Of a stretch of DNA of 64,000 bases, positions 62,521 to 64,000 are shown one piece after another. Source of the DNA: Tubiluchus corallicola. Taxonomy: Eukaryota > Animalia > Priapulida. The notes under the pieces are model-generated. The model saw only the letters and a program-made list of their open reading frames with translations. It was not told the origin of the DNA and did not search any database. Numbering within the stretch: the first letter of the stretch is position 1; each line of letters begins with the position of its first letter. The translations under genes were made by a program, and so were the position numbers. The stretch spans positions 186,001 to 250,000 of the forward strand of contig JAQGDQ010000251.1 in the NCBI GenBank assembly GCA_030141605.1. The letters are read 5' to 3'.

Positions 62521-64000
62521 CCTGTAAAAAAACCTCCTTAATTTATTGGAAAAATGTTGACCCCAAGATATTAACAAATCTGTCAGGTTCCCAAAGCCTT
62601 GGTGTTTTCACATTTTTATAATTTCTATTATTTATTAAGATATATTTCAAATGCTATGACAATCAATTGAATTTAAAGTGATTATATGCAGCAAATGATT
62701 CAGTGCAAATTACTGACAGAAAGGAATTTTATCCTAAAACAACTTTAAATTGTACCAACGAAGTTTCAAAACAAAATAATTTTCCAAAAAGAAAATTAAA
62801 AAAAAAATTGACACCTTAAATATTGAGTCACTTTAATGATTCCGATTGTTGATAGTCATTAGTCAAAGCACTGCAGATAAAGGATGGCAGAAGAGAAACA
62901 ACAAGAGGGAGGGAGGAGGTTCAGATGCAAATACATCGTCCCCCAATGAGATCAGCATGGTGAATGACACTGCACAGTTAGTATTGTATCTGTCCTCTAT
63001 CCATTTATAAACCGTTTTTAGCATTGCTTCACTTTGGATGCTAAGTAGTTTTCGTAACCACTCGGTTTTTCCTCTTCCAATGGCAGGATTAAAAGCATAC
63101 AATACCAGAGACGTATCTGGTATGTCTGTGAGATATCTATGACTGGAGATGTCTTCAATATCTGTGGTCAACGACAGTAGACGTCCTCACTGATGTCACA
63201 AATGTTAGCTCGTCATTAGATTTGGACGTCATAGCAACAGTTTCTTGGCTATTACACACATTAAGCAGATTGCTCAAAGAGGTCCACGTAGATTGCTTCT
63301 ATTCCGGGTGGATTCTCAAGTAAAAGCAAGTACGTTAGTGGCAAATTTCGTTAAATTCTCTTGCAAGACCATGAACCGTAATGCTAAAACGTTGCCTCAA
63401 TCAACTCGCAATCCTTCACCTCTTTCAGAGACCCACACCAACGTGTAGACCGGTTTCTTTTTATCCCATAGGTTCTTGGCAGGAAATTTACAGCTCCTTG
63501 AAAGGAAAAAACGGGGCTACAGGATGGTTTCGTTGGCTAAAGCCTCTGTTAGGATGAAAGGTAACGAGCTAGTTTTGCGGGAATGATTTTTCTGACCGAT
63601 TCTGCATTATCTATTTAGTTGAACTATTTTGCATTTACCGTTTCTAGCGAATTTGGAAGAGAGGACCAGAAGAGAATGGAGCAACATTGATGTACAAGTT
63701 TGATGATTTCTTCCGAAGTACGAAGGCAGAATTTAATTCAACTAGATTCAGAATAGCAGGTATTCAATTATTTAAAAAACTATTCTTTTTTATATAGTCC
63801 TAAACCGTTTCTTGTAGCATCCTCTTGGCTCTGGGCGGAGAGATTCTCAAATCACAACACTGGGGAAGACGAAATTAAATTTTTAAAATGAACTTTAAAG
63901 TTTCATAGTTATTACATCTTTTCTCTTAAGCATTTATTAATTTTACAGTTCTTCCTACAGAAAAGTGTTATTATTATTTTTATTAAATTTATTATATAAA

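Noticed and set aside
62863-63171. 102-aa minus-strand ORF
   Set aside because: Non-ATG start, no recognisable motif, no splice support.

Overview
AT-rich, intron-rich animal (invertebrate) genomic DNA, not prokaryotic. Three protein-coding genes were assembled by hand from GT-AG splice sites, with reading phase checked at every junction. (1) The 5' part of an RFX-family winged-helix transcription factor on the - strand (7 coding exons, 9934->375), which runs off the left edge of the window. (2) A complete Wsck-type receptor on the + strand (signal peptide, WSC, FN3, TM, tyrosine-kinase-like domain; 17 coding exons, 20095-36391, about 767 aa) whose catalytic motifs are degenerate, i.e. a pseudokinase. 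(3) A complete cystathionine gamma-lyase on the + strand (11 coding exons, 39273-50274, 397 aa). Rfx and Wsck appear to be head-to-head around a CRE-containing promoter near 15.1-15.7 kb. Introns, UTRs and the last 13 kb hold many non-autonomous transposons (Tc1/pogo-, hAT-, Harbinger- and Helentron-like), SINE and LINE remnants and simple repeats. The most notable signal is that the Rfx gene carries several RFX binding sites (X-boxes) of its own, including a near-perfect one written into its first coding exon. I found no evidence of a wholly new multi-gene system. All annotations are by eye and need RNA-seq or homology confirmation.
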